Under the pieces are notes generated by a model, which did not search any database, was not told where the DNA came from, and saw only the letters and a list, made by a program, of their open reading frames with translations. The translations under genes were made by a program, and so were the position numbers. From Dicyema japonicum (Eukaryota > Animalia > Dicyemida): a stretch of DNA of 46,545 nt. Each line of letters opens with the position of its first letter. Positions within the stretch are counted from its first letter, which is position 1. Location of the stretch: NCBI GenBank assembly GCA_011109175.1, contig RDEW01000073.1:1-46545 (forward strand), read 5' to 3'. Below, one piece after another: positions 25,191 through 37,559 of the stretch.

Positions 25191-26710
25191 TAATAACTTT
25201 TTATTTATAATATATTTTTGTTAAAAATAACATTTTTATTACTTTAGTGACAAAAGTTCCCCACTAATTAGTCCTCATAAAATCTAAAATTTGGTTAAAA
25301 ACCNCAAAATTCTCAACGTTCCGGAATTGTATAGCAATATCGGCTTAACAAACGTGTCGTAATAACTTTTTATTTATATTATATTTTTGTTAAAAATAAC
25401 ATTTTTATTACTTTAGTGACAAAAGTTCCCCACTAATTAGTCCTCATAAATTCTAAAATTTGGTTAAAAACCACATTATTAGATTTTCCACGTCAGAGAA
25501 TGTAAACCGCATTAAACAAAAATGATGACATTTACAAACTCTTCAATGTTACACCGGACTTACTCACACGTGAAAGGCAAGAAAACTATTCGAAATGATA
25601 ATGAACATTTTCGAGTAAAAATAATCGAAATTGTGGAAACTTACGTAATTGCTTTAAAGGTCGTATTTTTAACTGCCGTTACAAATCATAAGAATATGCA
25701 TTCCAAGAGAATAAATAAAAAGCATAATTTGTTTTCCTGATTGCAGTAAAGCCGTAAAAGAGAATGTCCCTGAGACTCATCCATGGTTTGAGCACAGTCA
25801 GGTAAAATTTGAGAACGACCGCATGAGCTATCAACTGGGAGGACACATTGAGGAGATCGACAGAATGAAACACAAATCCCTTCAACAACACAGATTAAAA
25901 ATCGAAGAAAAGAAAGTTTATTTATATTTTTACATAAGAAAGTTGACTTGAATTCTAAAATCAAAGCCAATAGTTATGTCATTTCGAAGTTGTTGCAATT
26001 TCAGAAAATTAAAAGTGATAAACTCAACGACAAGGTTAAACAATTCATGAAATGACAGTTAACAAATATTAGTCTAAATATTATGTCTTTTAACTTTACA
26101 TAATAATTTACTCAATATTCACGATTTTGTTTCCATCAACGACAAGGTTAAACAATTCATGAAATGACAGTTAACAAATATTAGTCTAAATATTATGTCT
26201 TTTAACTTTACATAATAATTTACTCAATATACACGATTTTGTTTCCATGGAACCATCCGAAAACTCTATTTTCACAAAATACTACCCCTCCCTCAATCGA
26301 CCAATCAAAAATCTCTATATCGATGGACATTGGGTAAATCTGACTCGTCTACGACGTCGACACCACTCTTGGACACCAACATACCGATATAAACTGGATG
26401 ATACGAAATATGTCCCCTTCTTTTTAACCTCTGACAGAAAATCACCTTTTNNNNNNNNNNNNNNNNNNNNNNNNNNNNNNNNNNNNNNNNNNNNNNNNNN
26501 NNNNNNNNNNNNNNNNNNNNNNNNNNNNNNNNNNNNNNNNNNNNNNNNNNNNNNNNNNNNNNNNNNNNNNNNNNNNNNNNNNNNNNNNNNNNNNNNNNNN
26601 NNNNNNNNNNNNNNNNNNNNNNNNNNNNNNNNNNNNNNNNNNNNNNNNNNNNNNNNNNNNNNNNNNNNNNNNNNNNNNNNNNNNNNNNNNNNNNNNNNNN
26701 NNNNNNNNNN

Positions 26711-27300
26711 TTTGCAGTTCTTATTTGCGAAAACTATTTGCAAAGTGTCGACCATTATCAAGCATTTTAGTACAGAGAATGCTACCCTTCTAAAAATAAA
26801 TTATAGAAATACGGTGAAGCATCTTTGTAGATGATACAATAATTTTTCATATAATTTTTAATAACTTTTAATGCGTTATGGACTGTAAAAAATCTATCGT
26901 GTTCAAATTTGCTAAATGCCCACTTTTCATATTTTAGGTTTTTCTTAATATAATGCATGAGCCTCTAGGAATTCATGGATGTACATTACCTCATTGCAAT
27001 TAAAATCCTCGAATGAATTTTCAACGTCTATACAACCATTTAATGTTTCACTATTCATTTTAAAAAACTAACGAAGAATTCCTTTTATAGTCTGCCGGTT
27101 TCCCGTTCGATTTGGAAGGCGGTCTTCAATTAACAACTTCCTGCATTTCCTTCATCGATTTAATTAAATTCATACTACTCTTGATATTAAAATTAATTAA
27201 CCCCCTCAACCGAATTCTAATTATTTCCTTAATAAACTTGAACTTCCTTAGTGAGCGGCAAAAAAAGTATCAATTTTCCCAGTGGCCTTCCAAATATTAG
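26711..27300 (-). pseudogene. Unidentified intron-containing gene fragment, copy 1 of 2
   Basis: Clearly homologous to 37560-38130. Removing a 25-nt GT-AG intron (26965-26989) gives an open frame ...MNSETLNGCIDVENSFEDFNCNE|RLMHYIKKNLKYEKWAFSKF...; TGA here where copy 2 has CGA. Confidence 0.5.
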
Positions 27301-30300
27301 CTTGTCTATTATTTATTATTTAAGCACTTCACGAGAGCCATACTAATTATAGCCACGCATGTGCAGCAAAAGAAACAAGGTTAGATGTCATCCTTTTCCA
27401 TGCTCCCCTGTTCCTAGCCAAGGCTCTCATGTTGTCCAGGTCGTCGGCATTTATTAGATTTTTTTTGATATTGACCAGGTCTTTTTGTAAGACTATTGGC
27501 AGTGTTGTTCTTGGTCTTCCACGATAGCAGACTTCTTGACTAACATAATATGTTTTTATAGATATGTTAGGTGGGGATGTTAATTCCATCCTCAGCACGT
27601 GTCCGAAGAGCTTCCATCGGGATTCCAGTACTTCTAAGCTGATAGGTCTAGAGCTGCTTTATATAAAGCATTCCTCGATATTCTCGTTGGCCAAGTAATT
27701 CCTGTTATTTTTCTCAGCTGACCTCTGTGGAACGAGTCTAGTTTTTCCATATCCGCTGATGAGGTCGCCCAAGTTCCAGCGTTATATAAAAGTACGGGTT
27801 TTATGAATGAGTCGTATAATAGGATTCTCATTTTCGTGTCGATGCCTTTTTGATTGAGCCATGGATTCTTCAGTTTATATAACGCAGCATTGGCTAGAGT
27901 TTTCCTACTTAAAATATCTTCGCTATCTCCCATAAGTGAACCGAGTTTNTAGTTTTTTCATATCCGCTGATGAGGTCGCCCAAGTTCCAGCGTTATATAA
28001 AAGTACGGGTTTTATGAATGAGTCGTATAGTAGGATTCCATTTTCGTGTCGATCCTTTTTGATTGAGCCATAAATTCTTCAGTTTATATAACGCAGCATT
28101 GGCTAGAGTTTTCCTACGTAAAATATCTCCGCTATCTCCCATAAGTGAACCGAGTTTCTTTACTTGTCGCCACTTCTCTTCTAGGACGTTACTCATCCTT
28201 CTTATCTATGTGAGTTCTGTTTTTTCTCTGTTCACAGTAAGAAACCATTTCCCTAGTACATCTGGAGCTTTTTCTAATAGGTTTACCAGGACCTCTTTGT
28301 CTTCAGAAATTAGGTCTACATCGTCCGCGTAGATTACTTCTTCCGTCTTTCCTTGGTATGACGGTCTAAGTTCCCTCATAGCGGCTTCCAAGTAAATTGT
28401 GAATAGTAGAGGAGAAAGAGAGTCTCCTTGTGGAGTGCCCGTATTTGTTTCAAATTTTCTTGAATAGGTTTTTCCGACTCTCACAAGGAGCTCAGTGTTC
28501 GAAAGTAGAATTCGGATCATTTTTAGACTCGATTCATCAAGAAATCCGCCCAGTACCCCTATTAATTTGTTCCTGTTAACCGTATCAAAAGCTCTTGATA
28601 GATCAATTCCCAAAATATTGGTGGCGTTACGGTATCTTTGACATGTTGCGCACCTCCATCTGTGACTCCAGACCGCATCAGCTGTGGATCTCCCTTCTCG
28701 AAAACCACTTTGACTATCTGGTAGGTATTTGTAAGCAGGTCCTTTTATTTGTTCAAGCACAATGTTTGCCAAGACTTTGCGTAATGAATTAAGTAGTATG
28801 ATGGGTCGCAAATTTTCGAGCGGTCCTCTGTTTTTGTTAGTTTTTTGTATGGGGATTAGTAGTCCCGTACACAGAGGTAGAGTTGAGTTAGTTGAAAACA
28901 TTTTATTTAGTAGTGTAGCGATTTTTTCAAAAAGGAGGTCAGGGCCGTATTTCAGTAGTTCTGGGTTTATCGCATCTGGTCCGGGTCTTCTGTTATTCTT
29001 GAGTTTTCGGCAGGCCGTTTTGATTTCCTCGGCCGTGATTGGTATCTTAAGGGGTCTTGGCCTTCCATCAAATGGGTGGATTTATATGGTTTTGATGTTG
29101 AAAAGCTTCTCAAAGTGAGCCGCGATGGCTTCAGTTTGTTCTTTGGTGTTCAGTATCAGCTTACCGTTCTCGTCTTTTATGGTTAGTCGACTTCGGTTTG
29201 TTCGCCGCAGCAAACGGGCAGCGTCGTACACATGTGCGTTGTCTTTCACTTTGTTCACTTCTTCTATACAGGAGGCTATTTCTTCTATGAAAAGCTTCTT
29301 GTTCAGACCCTTTATTTTTCTCCTGACACGTTGTCTTTCGCCTAAAAGGGCTTTTATCGCATTAGTGTCAGTGGCATTTGATTTTCTCCTATTTATTTCT
29401 TTTAGACTTTTCGCAAGCTCAGGAACATCTGGATGAATAGCCTTCAGATGCATTTTACTATTCTCCCTTTTGCCAAGACATGCTTCAGCAGCTTCGTTGA
29501 TGGTGTCCTTTGTATTTATTTCTTTTAGACTTTTCGCAAGCTCAGGAACATCTGGATGAATAGCCTTCAGATGCATTTTACTATTCTCCCTTTTGCCAAG
29601 ACATGCTTCAGCAGCTTCGTTGATGGTGTCCTTTGTGCGTTTCCAGGCGTCTTCTAGCGTGGTATCCACCAATACGTTTTGCAAATTAGTCTGAATGTAT
29701 TGTTGATATCTCTCAGTAGTCTCCGGTTGAGAAATCAGCCTTTCAGTCGCGTAGTCGCCTCTGATTTTCTCATATTCGTGATTTTTTGCATTCCCGTATT
29801 TAATGGCATGTTTTTTCAGGGTGAGGGTCGCAATAATTATTTTGTGGTCGCTGACAGTCGTCGAACCTTCATATGAACGTGCGTTTACTAGAAGATGTTT
29901 GTCTTTAGCCCGGCATATGACATAATCGATTTGGTTGTATATTGGGACCAGCNCAGTCGCGTAGTCGCCTCTGATTTTCTCATATTCGTGATTTTTTGCA
30001 TTCCTGTATTTAATGGCATGTTTTTTTTAGGGTGAAGGTCGCAATAACCATTTTGTGGTCGCTGACAGTCGTCGAACCTTCATATGAACGTGCGTTTACT
30101 AGAAGATGTTTGTCTTTAGCTCGGCATATGACATAATCGATTTGGTTGTATATTGGGACCAGCTTTTTTTCTGAGTTCTTTCGCTTCCCCATCCACGTAG
30201 TTTTGTGGCAGGCAGGATGCGTAAATGCAGTATTGCATAGGAAAAGGTTGTTTTCCATACAAAAGTGACCAGACCAAGAGCCAATTGGATTCAGGTACAA

Positions 30301-31520
30301 GTTGAAAGATTCTAATTTAATAACTCAAGTGTTTGATAGAAAAAACTTTTCTTTTCGTAGTGACTAATCTATGATTCCATGACCAACCTCACGAGAAAGC
30401 TCGGTGTGGATACTGAAATGATTTAATTTGGACGATCCCTCTACCCTGTGGTACCAATGTTAATTAAACTATACCATCCAACAGTAACTTAAATTATGTT
30501 GGTTTTTTACAAAATAGACATAAAAACAAATTTGCTGATGAGCTACACTCATTTAGAGTCCTAGTTAACAATCAGGGTATGAAAAGCGGTTGATATTGTA
30601 TATTATTAAAATGAACAATACAAAATCCTGATTATTCCTGGTTATAATCCTGTTCTGTCAACTCCCGGTGAATGTTACACATATCTAGATGCTTATGGGA
30701 TTGACAAGTGACACTCCACCAGTGATTCATCACTGCGGAACCGGATTATCTCAGGAACTAACATGCAAGCAAAAAAGTTAGGAACACGATGTCCCGGANN
30801 NNNNNNNNNNNNNNNNNNNNNNNNNNNNNNNNNNNNNNNNNNNNNNNNNNNNNNNNNNNNNNNNNNNNNNNNNNNNNNNNNNNNNNNNNNNNNNNNNNNN
30901 NNNNNNNNNNNNNNNNNNNNNNNNNNNNNNNNNNNNNNNNNNNNNNNNNNNNNNNNNNNNNNNNNNNNNNNNTCGAACCTTCATATGAACGTGCGTTTAC
31001 TAGAAGGTGTTTGTCTTTAGCCCGGCATATGACATAATCGATTTGGTTGTATATTGGGACCAGCTTTTTTTCTGAGTTCCTTCGCTTCCCCATCCACGTA
31101 GTTTTGTGGCAGGCAGGATGCGTAAATGCAGTATTGCATAGGAAAAGGTTGTTTGCCATACAAAAGTGACCAAGTATTGTCCCGGGTAAATTTCTTATTC
31201 CACGTCCATGTTCTCCCAAGAAAACATCATCCGGGTTATTCTTCATCCCGACTTTTGCATTCAAATCACCAGCAATGAGTATTAGTGATGACGACTCATA
31301 TTCGTTGTACGTCCGTAACAGTGTTGAATAGAAGTCGTCTAGTTCTGCCGGATCTTTCGCTACTCTCCCGCAGTGTGGCGCATAAACATTTACAATTGTC
31401 AGAAAGCTCTTCGAAGGTGGTAATTCGTTTAGCCGGATTTGTATAACACAGATCCTGTCATTCACACTCCATAAAATTTGGCTGTTTGCTCGGGGGATAG
31501 CTTTAGTAAATGTTTCCATC
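27300..31520 (-). mobile_element. RTE-clade non-LTR retrotransposon (APE plus RT), largely complete ORF with few lesions, interrupted by duplications and a gap
   Basis: APE: VNVYAPH, AGDLNAKVG, NQIDYVI, SDHK. RT: LRPIILLN, QSGFREGRST, DLSRAFD, GTPQGDSLSP, YADD. TAA-rich tail at ~27305-27325. In-frame TAA 29082-29084, TAG 28206-28208 and a frameshift at ~27650. Confidence 0.9.
30272..30798 (+). repeat. Segment duplicated at 32630-33190: decayed coding-like sequence plus SINE-like copy B
   Basis: High visible similarity from GACCAAGAGCCAATTGG to GATGTCCCGGA; degenerate B-box GGTTATAATCC and hairpin CAGTGATTCATCACTG (30720-30735). Confidence 0.8.
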
Positions 31521-32231
31521 TCTTGAAGGTGGATATGCCACCTTGTCCCCTAGACTTGTAAACATTGGAAAAAAAACTGTGACATAAGGAGAAACGGATG
31601 CACGAATATGTGGGTTTGAATCCCATCGGACTCCAATTGGATGAAATTGGAGAAGTCTGGTTTGGGGAGGAACAAGGTTATTACTTCTCGAATGTTCTTA
31701 CAATAAGGAATTTGAGTTTTCAAGACGAATATCATACACCCTACTTAAAATAGATGAGCTATCCAAACTCTAAGCTTATTACTTCTCGAATGTTCTTACA
31801 ATAAAGAATTTGAGTTTTCAAGACGAATATCATCCACCCTACTTAAAATACTATGAGCTATCCAAACTCTAAGCTTTCCGTGAATAGGGGTACCACGAGC
31901 ATATGAGTTTTCAAAAAATAATTTCTTAAATTTTGTGGCCTAACATGATCGAAAGTCAAAAATGATAGATTTATAAAATATGGTTATAAAATGAAATAAG
32001 TGAAGGAATCTAACGTGGAAGATTGTTCAGGGTGTTGCAGAAGGAGATAACTAGTTACCTTAAAACAATAATAAGTTTGACGAATCAACACACTTGGTCA
32101 TCTTAGGATCAATGCACTTATGCACTTATTTAGTAATATAAGTCGATTTATACTAAATATAAATAAGCAATTTAAATAAACGTAATTAATATTATAAATA
32201 AATAAATTTATAATATAAGAGAGGTTAAGTT

Positions 32232-32270
32232 CGTGGTGTCAAACTTATTTCGCTTCGAGGGCCGCATTTA
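32232..32270 (+). mobile_element. Possible hAT-type MITE terminus
   Basis: CGTGGTGTCAAACTT...GAGGGCCGCA resembles the CAG(T/G)GGTGTCAAACT...GGGCC ends of animal hAT elements; no partner end found. Confidence 0.3.
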
Positions 32271-32629
32271 TAATAATTTCCCATAAAGGGAAGATTAGTT
32301 CTGGTATATTATTTTTTAAGAATATATTTAATGAAAACCAAAAATAAGAAAAACTTAATTATTTAATCACCATTTTTGGTGAACGCTATTTCCTGAAAAT
32401 TGACATTTTTTGGATACAGTTTTGATATGTCGGGCGCAGCGATTCGTGTAGTTCCAAATTTTATTAAAGCGGATAAATTTTCATAAGTGAGTTTCGTTCT
32501 TGAGCAGTTTTTGTCAATTTCATAAATTAAAAATTTTAACATTTTATTATATCAGACCCCCCGAAATACTTAACACCGCCAAAGTCCAATGATTATGGAT
32601 CGATTGTGTGGAATAGATTGTATATGTGG

Positions 32630-33290
32630 AAGACCAAGAGCCAATTGGATTCAGGGTCAATTTGAAAGATTCTAATTTATTAACTCAAGGTGTTGGATAT
32701 CTGCAAAAAATGGAATATATTTACGAGAAAAAACTTTTCTTTTCGTAGTGACTAATTTATGATTCCATGATCAACCTCACGAGAAAGATTGGTGTGGATA
32801 ATGAAATGATTTAATTTGGACGATCCTTCTACCCTGTTTACCAGTGTTAACTAAATTATAGCATCCAACAGTAACTTTAATTATGTCAGTTTTTTACGAA
32901 ATAGGCATAAAAACAAATGTGCTGATGAACCATACTCATTTAGAGTCCTAGTTAACAATCAGGGTATGCAAAAGCGGTTGATATTGGATATTATTAAAAT
33001 GAACAATACAAAATCATGATTATTCGTGGTTAGAATTCCGTTCTGTCAACTCCCGTTGAAGGTTCCACATATCTAGATGCTTATGGGATTGACAAGTGAC
33101 ACTTCACCAGTGATTCATCACTGCGGAACCGGATTATCTCAGGAACTAACATGCAAGCAAAAAAGTTAGGAACACGATGTCCCGGAATAATTAGCATGAT
33201 TTTTCTTTACCTCTTAAATAAAGCGTGAGTTCTGGCTATGGTGAGGTTTAAGTAATGGAAGATGAGAACTCCTGGGGAGAAGCACTGAAA
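32630..33290 (+). repeat. Second copy of the 30272-30798 segment, including SINE-like copy C (~33015-33290)
   Basis: GGTTAGAATTCC B-box-like; GGTTCC (33061) pairs with GGAACC (33125-33130); hairpin at 33108-33123. Confidence 0.8.
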
Positions 33291-33752
33291 TACATAACTT
33301 TATCAAACTCTCATATCGTGTTTACCTAACTATCATATTATTTATGGATAAATGGTTTCACATCGGTCACAGGGATCCCATTGGTACAAATTTGAAAACC
33401 AAGGAATAAAATTCTAAAAGATTGGTGAAACACTTTAAACGTGGATTAAGTTTTTGAGATTTTATTCTCTCACTACTACGTTAGGGATACTTTTACGTGA
33501 AAAATTAATTGGAAATATCAAGTTCGGCCAAGAATCAGCCACCTTAACGAAAACCTAATATGAACCAAAATATAAATAAATTATGAAATAAATAAAAATA
33601 AAAATTATTCCAAAAGCCGAGGGTAAACCAAACTAGCTAATTTATTTTGACACATTCCAGCGATTCTAAAAGTCGTCTCGAAATAACGACATTGTCTCAC
33701 GAAAAAAGAATAGTAAGATCCTTGTGAATGCCTGCCATGCATTCGGCNTTTG

Positions 33753-33965
33753 ATGCTTGCAATGCTCTGATAAAATCAAGGAAGCTGGTAGACGCTCTAT
33801 AAGAATGGACCTTGAAGTTACAGTTAACGTGGCCATGGAAGATTTCGTCTTCCCCTGTCCCCGATTCTGTGATCAACCAAGGACCATTCTACGGATTATA
33901 ATAGACGAGGACTTCCAAAAACTAGAATACGTCTCAAAGGGGGATGAAGTACGGACATTGTTTGT
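33753..33965. repeat. Unclassified dispersed repeat with coding potential, second copy at 38216-38430
   Basis: Plus-strand ORFs MQCSDKIKEAGRRSIRMDLE... and MQSSDEIKEAGRRSIRMDLE... are homologous; coding strand undetermined. Confidence 0.75.
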
Positions 33966-34029
33966 GATAGTATCAAGTGGAGATTGATTACATTATTAGT
34001 TTATCAACTTAGAAGTGTTCTTCACGGTG

Positions 34030-34850
34030 GTGTTCTCTTAGCCTCTCTCTCATAGTCAATCGTGATTCCCACTTTAACTCTGTTTTCATTAATAATATCC
34101 TTACTGTCTTCTCAATCGCTAAGTCAGTTTATAGGCTTTCACAGGACATTCTAGCTTCAAGGCTTAAATGGTATTTGTAGTACTTCCACGATCCCATCCG
34201 AGTCAAAACTACTGGGACAAATATTTATGCTTGGCGCACTAATCCGCTTGCTAGGAGATCATACCTGTGTGCCTTCCAACTTGTATTTTTAATTTTATCG
34301 AATACAAATATGTCTTCATAAGTGGCAATGGTTTTATCTACGCGTGTTATACAAAAATCGTTGTGCTGAGTGGATCTTCAATTTTTTGATTTTTTAATCC
34401 AAATTGGCGCCACATGCAGATGTATGCATCTGACAACCTCATTATGGGGACGTAGGTAAGTGCTGTTTAGCATTGTTCTGCACCTTGTTGTTAAATGGTC
34501 CAATGTTTTTTGTCGAATTGCAATGTTTAACTTTTGTATCATTTTGCTAAAAAAACATAGCATTTCTTCAGATCTCCGGAATTATTTCCATGCATCTTCC
34601 ATTGGCATGATTCTGGGATATTTTACATCGACTCCTCAATAGAGTTAAGCAAGATAAAATGTCGGGGTTTTCTTTATTTTCCCTGCAATTTGTATTTTTT
34701 GACTTCATGTGGCTATTTTATATTTAAGTCTTACGGTATCTCCAAGTCAGGAATTCCACAATTGTGGCCATATGTGTTTTCTTTGATTTTAAGACCATTA
34801 GCGTAACGTTGGTAAAATTGTTGACACCTTTATAGTAATGTTCTTTTCTT
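34030..34850 (-). mobile_element. R4/Dong-like RLE retrotransposon, C-terminal fragment
   Basis: KTLDHLTTRCRTML...RPHNEVVRCIHL (zinc-knuckle/RH region), DIFVFDK, RYDLLA. Confidence 0.7.
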
Positions 34851-36984
34851 NNNNNNNNNNNNNNNNNNNNNNNNNNNNNNNNNNNNNNNNNNNNNNNNNN
34901 NNNNNNNNNNNNNNNNNNNNNNNNNNNNNNNNNNNNNNNNNNNNNNNNNNNNNNNNNNNNNNNNNNNNNNNNNNNNNNNNNNNNNNNNNNNNNNNNNNNN
35001 NNNNNNNNNNNNNNNNNNNNNNNNNNNNNNNNNNNNNNNNNNNNNNNNNNNNNNNNNNNNNNNNNNNNNNNNNNNNNNNNNNNNNNNNNNNNNNNNNNNN
35101 NNNNNNNNNNNNNNNNNNNNNNNNNNNNNNNNNNNNNNNNNNNNNNNNNNNNNNNNNNNNNNNNNNNNNNNNNNNNNNNNNNNNNNNNNNNNNNNNNNNN
35201 NNNNNNNNNNNNNNNNNNNNNNNNNNNNNNNNNNNNNNNNNNNNNNNNNNNNNNNNNNNNNNNNNNNNNNNNNNNNNNNNNNNNNNNNNNNNNNNNNNNN
35301 NNNNNNNNNNNNNNNNNNNNNNNNNNNNNNNNNNNNNNNNNNNNNNNNNNNNNNNNNNNNNNNNNNNNNNNNNNNNNNNNNNNNNNNNNNNNNNNNNNNN
35401 NNNNNNNNNNNNNNNNNNNNNNNNNNNNNNNNNNNNNNNNNNNNNNNNNNNNNNNNNNNNNNNNNNNNNNNNNNNNNNNNNNNNNNNNNNNNNNNNNNNN
35501 NNNNNNNNNNNNNNNNNNNNNNNNNNNNNNNNNNNNNNNNNNNNNNNNNNNNNNNNNNNNNNNNNNNNNNNNNNNNNNNNNNNNNNNNNNNNNNNNNNNN
35601 NNNNNNNNNNNNNNNNNNNNNNNNNNNNNNNNNNNNNNNNNNNNNNNNNNNNNNNNNNNNNNNNNNNNNNNNNNNNNNNNNNNNNNNNNNNNNNNNNNNN
35701 NNNNNNNNNNNNNNNNNNNNNNNNNNNNNNNNNNNNNNNNNNNNNNNNNNNNNNNNNNNNNNNNNNNNNNNNNNNNNNNNNNNNNNNNNNNNNNNNNNNN
35801 NNNNNNNNNNNNNNNNNNNNNNNNNNNNNGTGAAGTTATATAAAAATATTTTTAAAATGTGTTGTCATGTATGGAAAATAAATCTCTGTGAAATATTCTG
35901 TCACAAGGCGGCGAAATGAAAAGAAGTAGATTTCTTCATAACTCCAACTATTGTTTAAACTGAGGTTCGGTGAATGGGTCTCTTTTGATGGTCTATATTC
36001 GAAATCTTTGAGAGAATGCATCAGAGAGATTTATGAATTCTTTAAAAATCTGATGGTCATTTTAAGAGGAGATCTTTACTCCAAGAACAAGTATTTGGTT
36101 GTAGAGTACAACAAGAAAGCCGATTTCCTGGTAAGAGTCTGTACATCGGAAGGGGTCAATTACTTCTATCTTTTTGAAAATTACAAGCTTGCCGAGTTCT
36201 TAATTTTCCCCGCTATTACAGAATACGTGGATGTACTGAGTACTCTTCAGGATATTGGCAGCTACCAAATTCGCTTCTATTTTCCGTAAATTTGAAGATT
36301 GCTAGTGTTCAAAGAGTCTTTGTTGGCTACGACTATAGGAACGTCTTCACAAAAAATTGAGAAGACGACTAAAGTCATGTTTCAATGAAGATCGGGTCAT
36401 TTTTACATAAAAACTCAAGAAATGGAAGCCTTGACCTAAGAAATCACCTCCTAGGACCAAGAGAACTGGGGAAGAGATATCGTCTGATCTCTTTTAAAAA
36501 GTTGTCTGTGAGTTGAGGTACATCTCAATTTCTAAAAAAGTTATGCTCAAAAACACTGATGGATTTAAAGGAAGTGGTAACTCGAATCTTCTGGCTTTCC
36601 AGGTCAATATGTGAATCGACGAGAGAGACGTCGAGGAAGGAATTGTATGGAGCTAAAACTCCCAAAAATCTGGATGTGGTTCCACCTAGGCAAAGTAAGT
36701 CCGTCCACTGAGTACTGGATAACAGTCGGTCTGAAAATGGACCGCAAAACTTGCTGTATTCCAGAAACCGCAAATGACCATAAAAGCTATTTGCAGGTGC
36801 GAATTCATCCAAAACGCAAGTTCCAATAAAGGTAACAAATAATCAGGTTGATTTAGGATTTACTACACTAGTTTAGGTGGAATAATGACGCACTACTAAT
36901 AATAATTAAAAATATTTATTAAACAAAATAAAACATTAATTTTTTAAATTTAAAAAATTTTGGAGGACGACATATATTAATAAC

Positions 36985-37450
36985 TTAAGTTACGGGTTCG
37001 ATTCTCGCTACTGTTCACCTGATGGAAGGTTCCACGCATCTACGATGCAGAAAGGTTTTGACGAGTGATGCCGTCATCAGTGGATACTCACTGCGGAACT
37101 GGATTGAAAAGACTCGGACAAAGAAAAAGAAAAAAAGAAGTGAAGATCATTCCTTGGTTCTACGATTAGTTAAAATTTACCTGTTCTTTACTTAAATAAT
37201 GTGTGTGTCCTGCCTATGCGGAGCTATAAATACTATGACTCTCGTGAAAAGGCTAAAAAAATATATATTAGTTAGATTGTTCTGATGTAGAAGAAGTGAA
37301 GAGCATTCCTTGGTTCTACGATTAGTTAAAATTTACCTGTTCTTTACTTAAATAATGTGTGTGTCCTGCCTATGCGGAGCTATAAATACTATGACTCTCG
37401 TGAAAAGGCTAAAAAAATATATATTAGTTAGATTGATCTGATGTAGAAGT
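36985..37450 (+). mobile_element. tRNA-headed SINE-like repeat, copy D; tail has a 156-bp tandem duplication
   Basis: T-arm/B-box CGGGTTCGATTCTCG (36993-37007); core with hairpins 37036-37048, 37059-37076 and 37078-37093, closed by GGTTCC/GGAACT. Confidence 0.6.
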
Positions 37451-37559
37451 AAAATTATCTGGAACCCTCGGTAAAATAATACGATCATTTTTTTCCGAAT
37501 CCACACATTATATTAATTAAAACGTTAATAAATCTCTTCTTAAATATTTGCTGTTCTCA

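Noticed and set aside
8432-29084. Alternative genetic code (TAA/TAG = Gln or stop readthrough), suggested by in-frame stops in the NompC-like gene and the RTE
   Set aside because: About 1,900 spliced dynein codons and 934 XPO1 codons contain no in-frame stops and use CAA/CAG; the stop-bearing loci also have frameshifts, so they are simply decayed.
36525-36812. Penelope-like RT suggested by SFLDVSLV...IRVTT on the minus strand
   Set aside because: No other PLE RT or GIY-YIG motifs, and the plus strand looks at least as coding-like.
36960-37010. Intact tRNA gene
   Set aside because: Only the T-arm is recognisable; no acceptor stem or D-arm, and it is fused to the SINE-like body.
30535-37110. 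Hammerhead ribozyme cores (CTGATGAG at ~30535; CTGATGAC on the minus strand near 37075)
   Set aside because: No stem II closing onto GAAA, and the motif is not conserved between copies.
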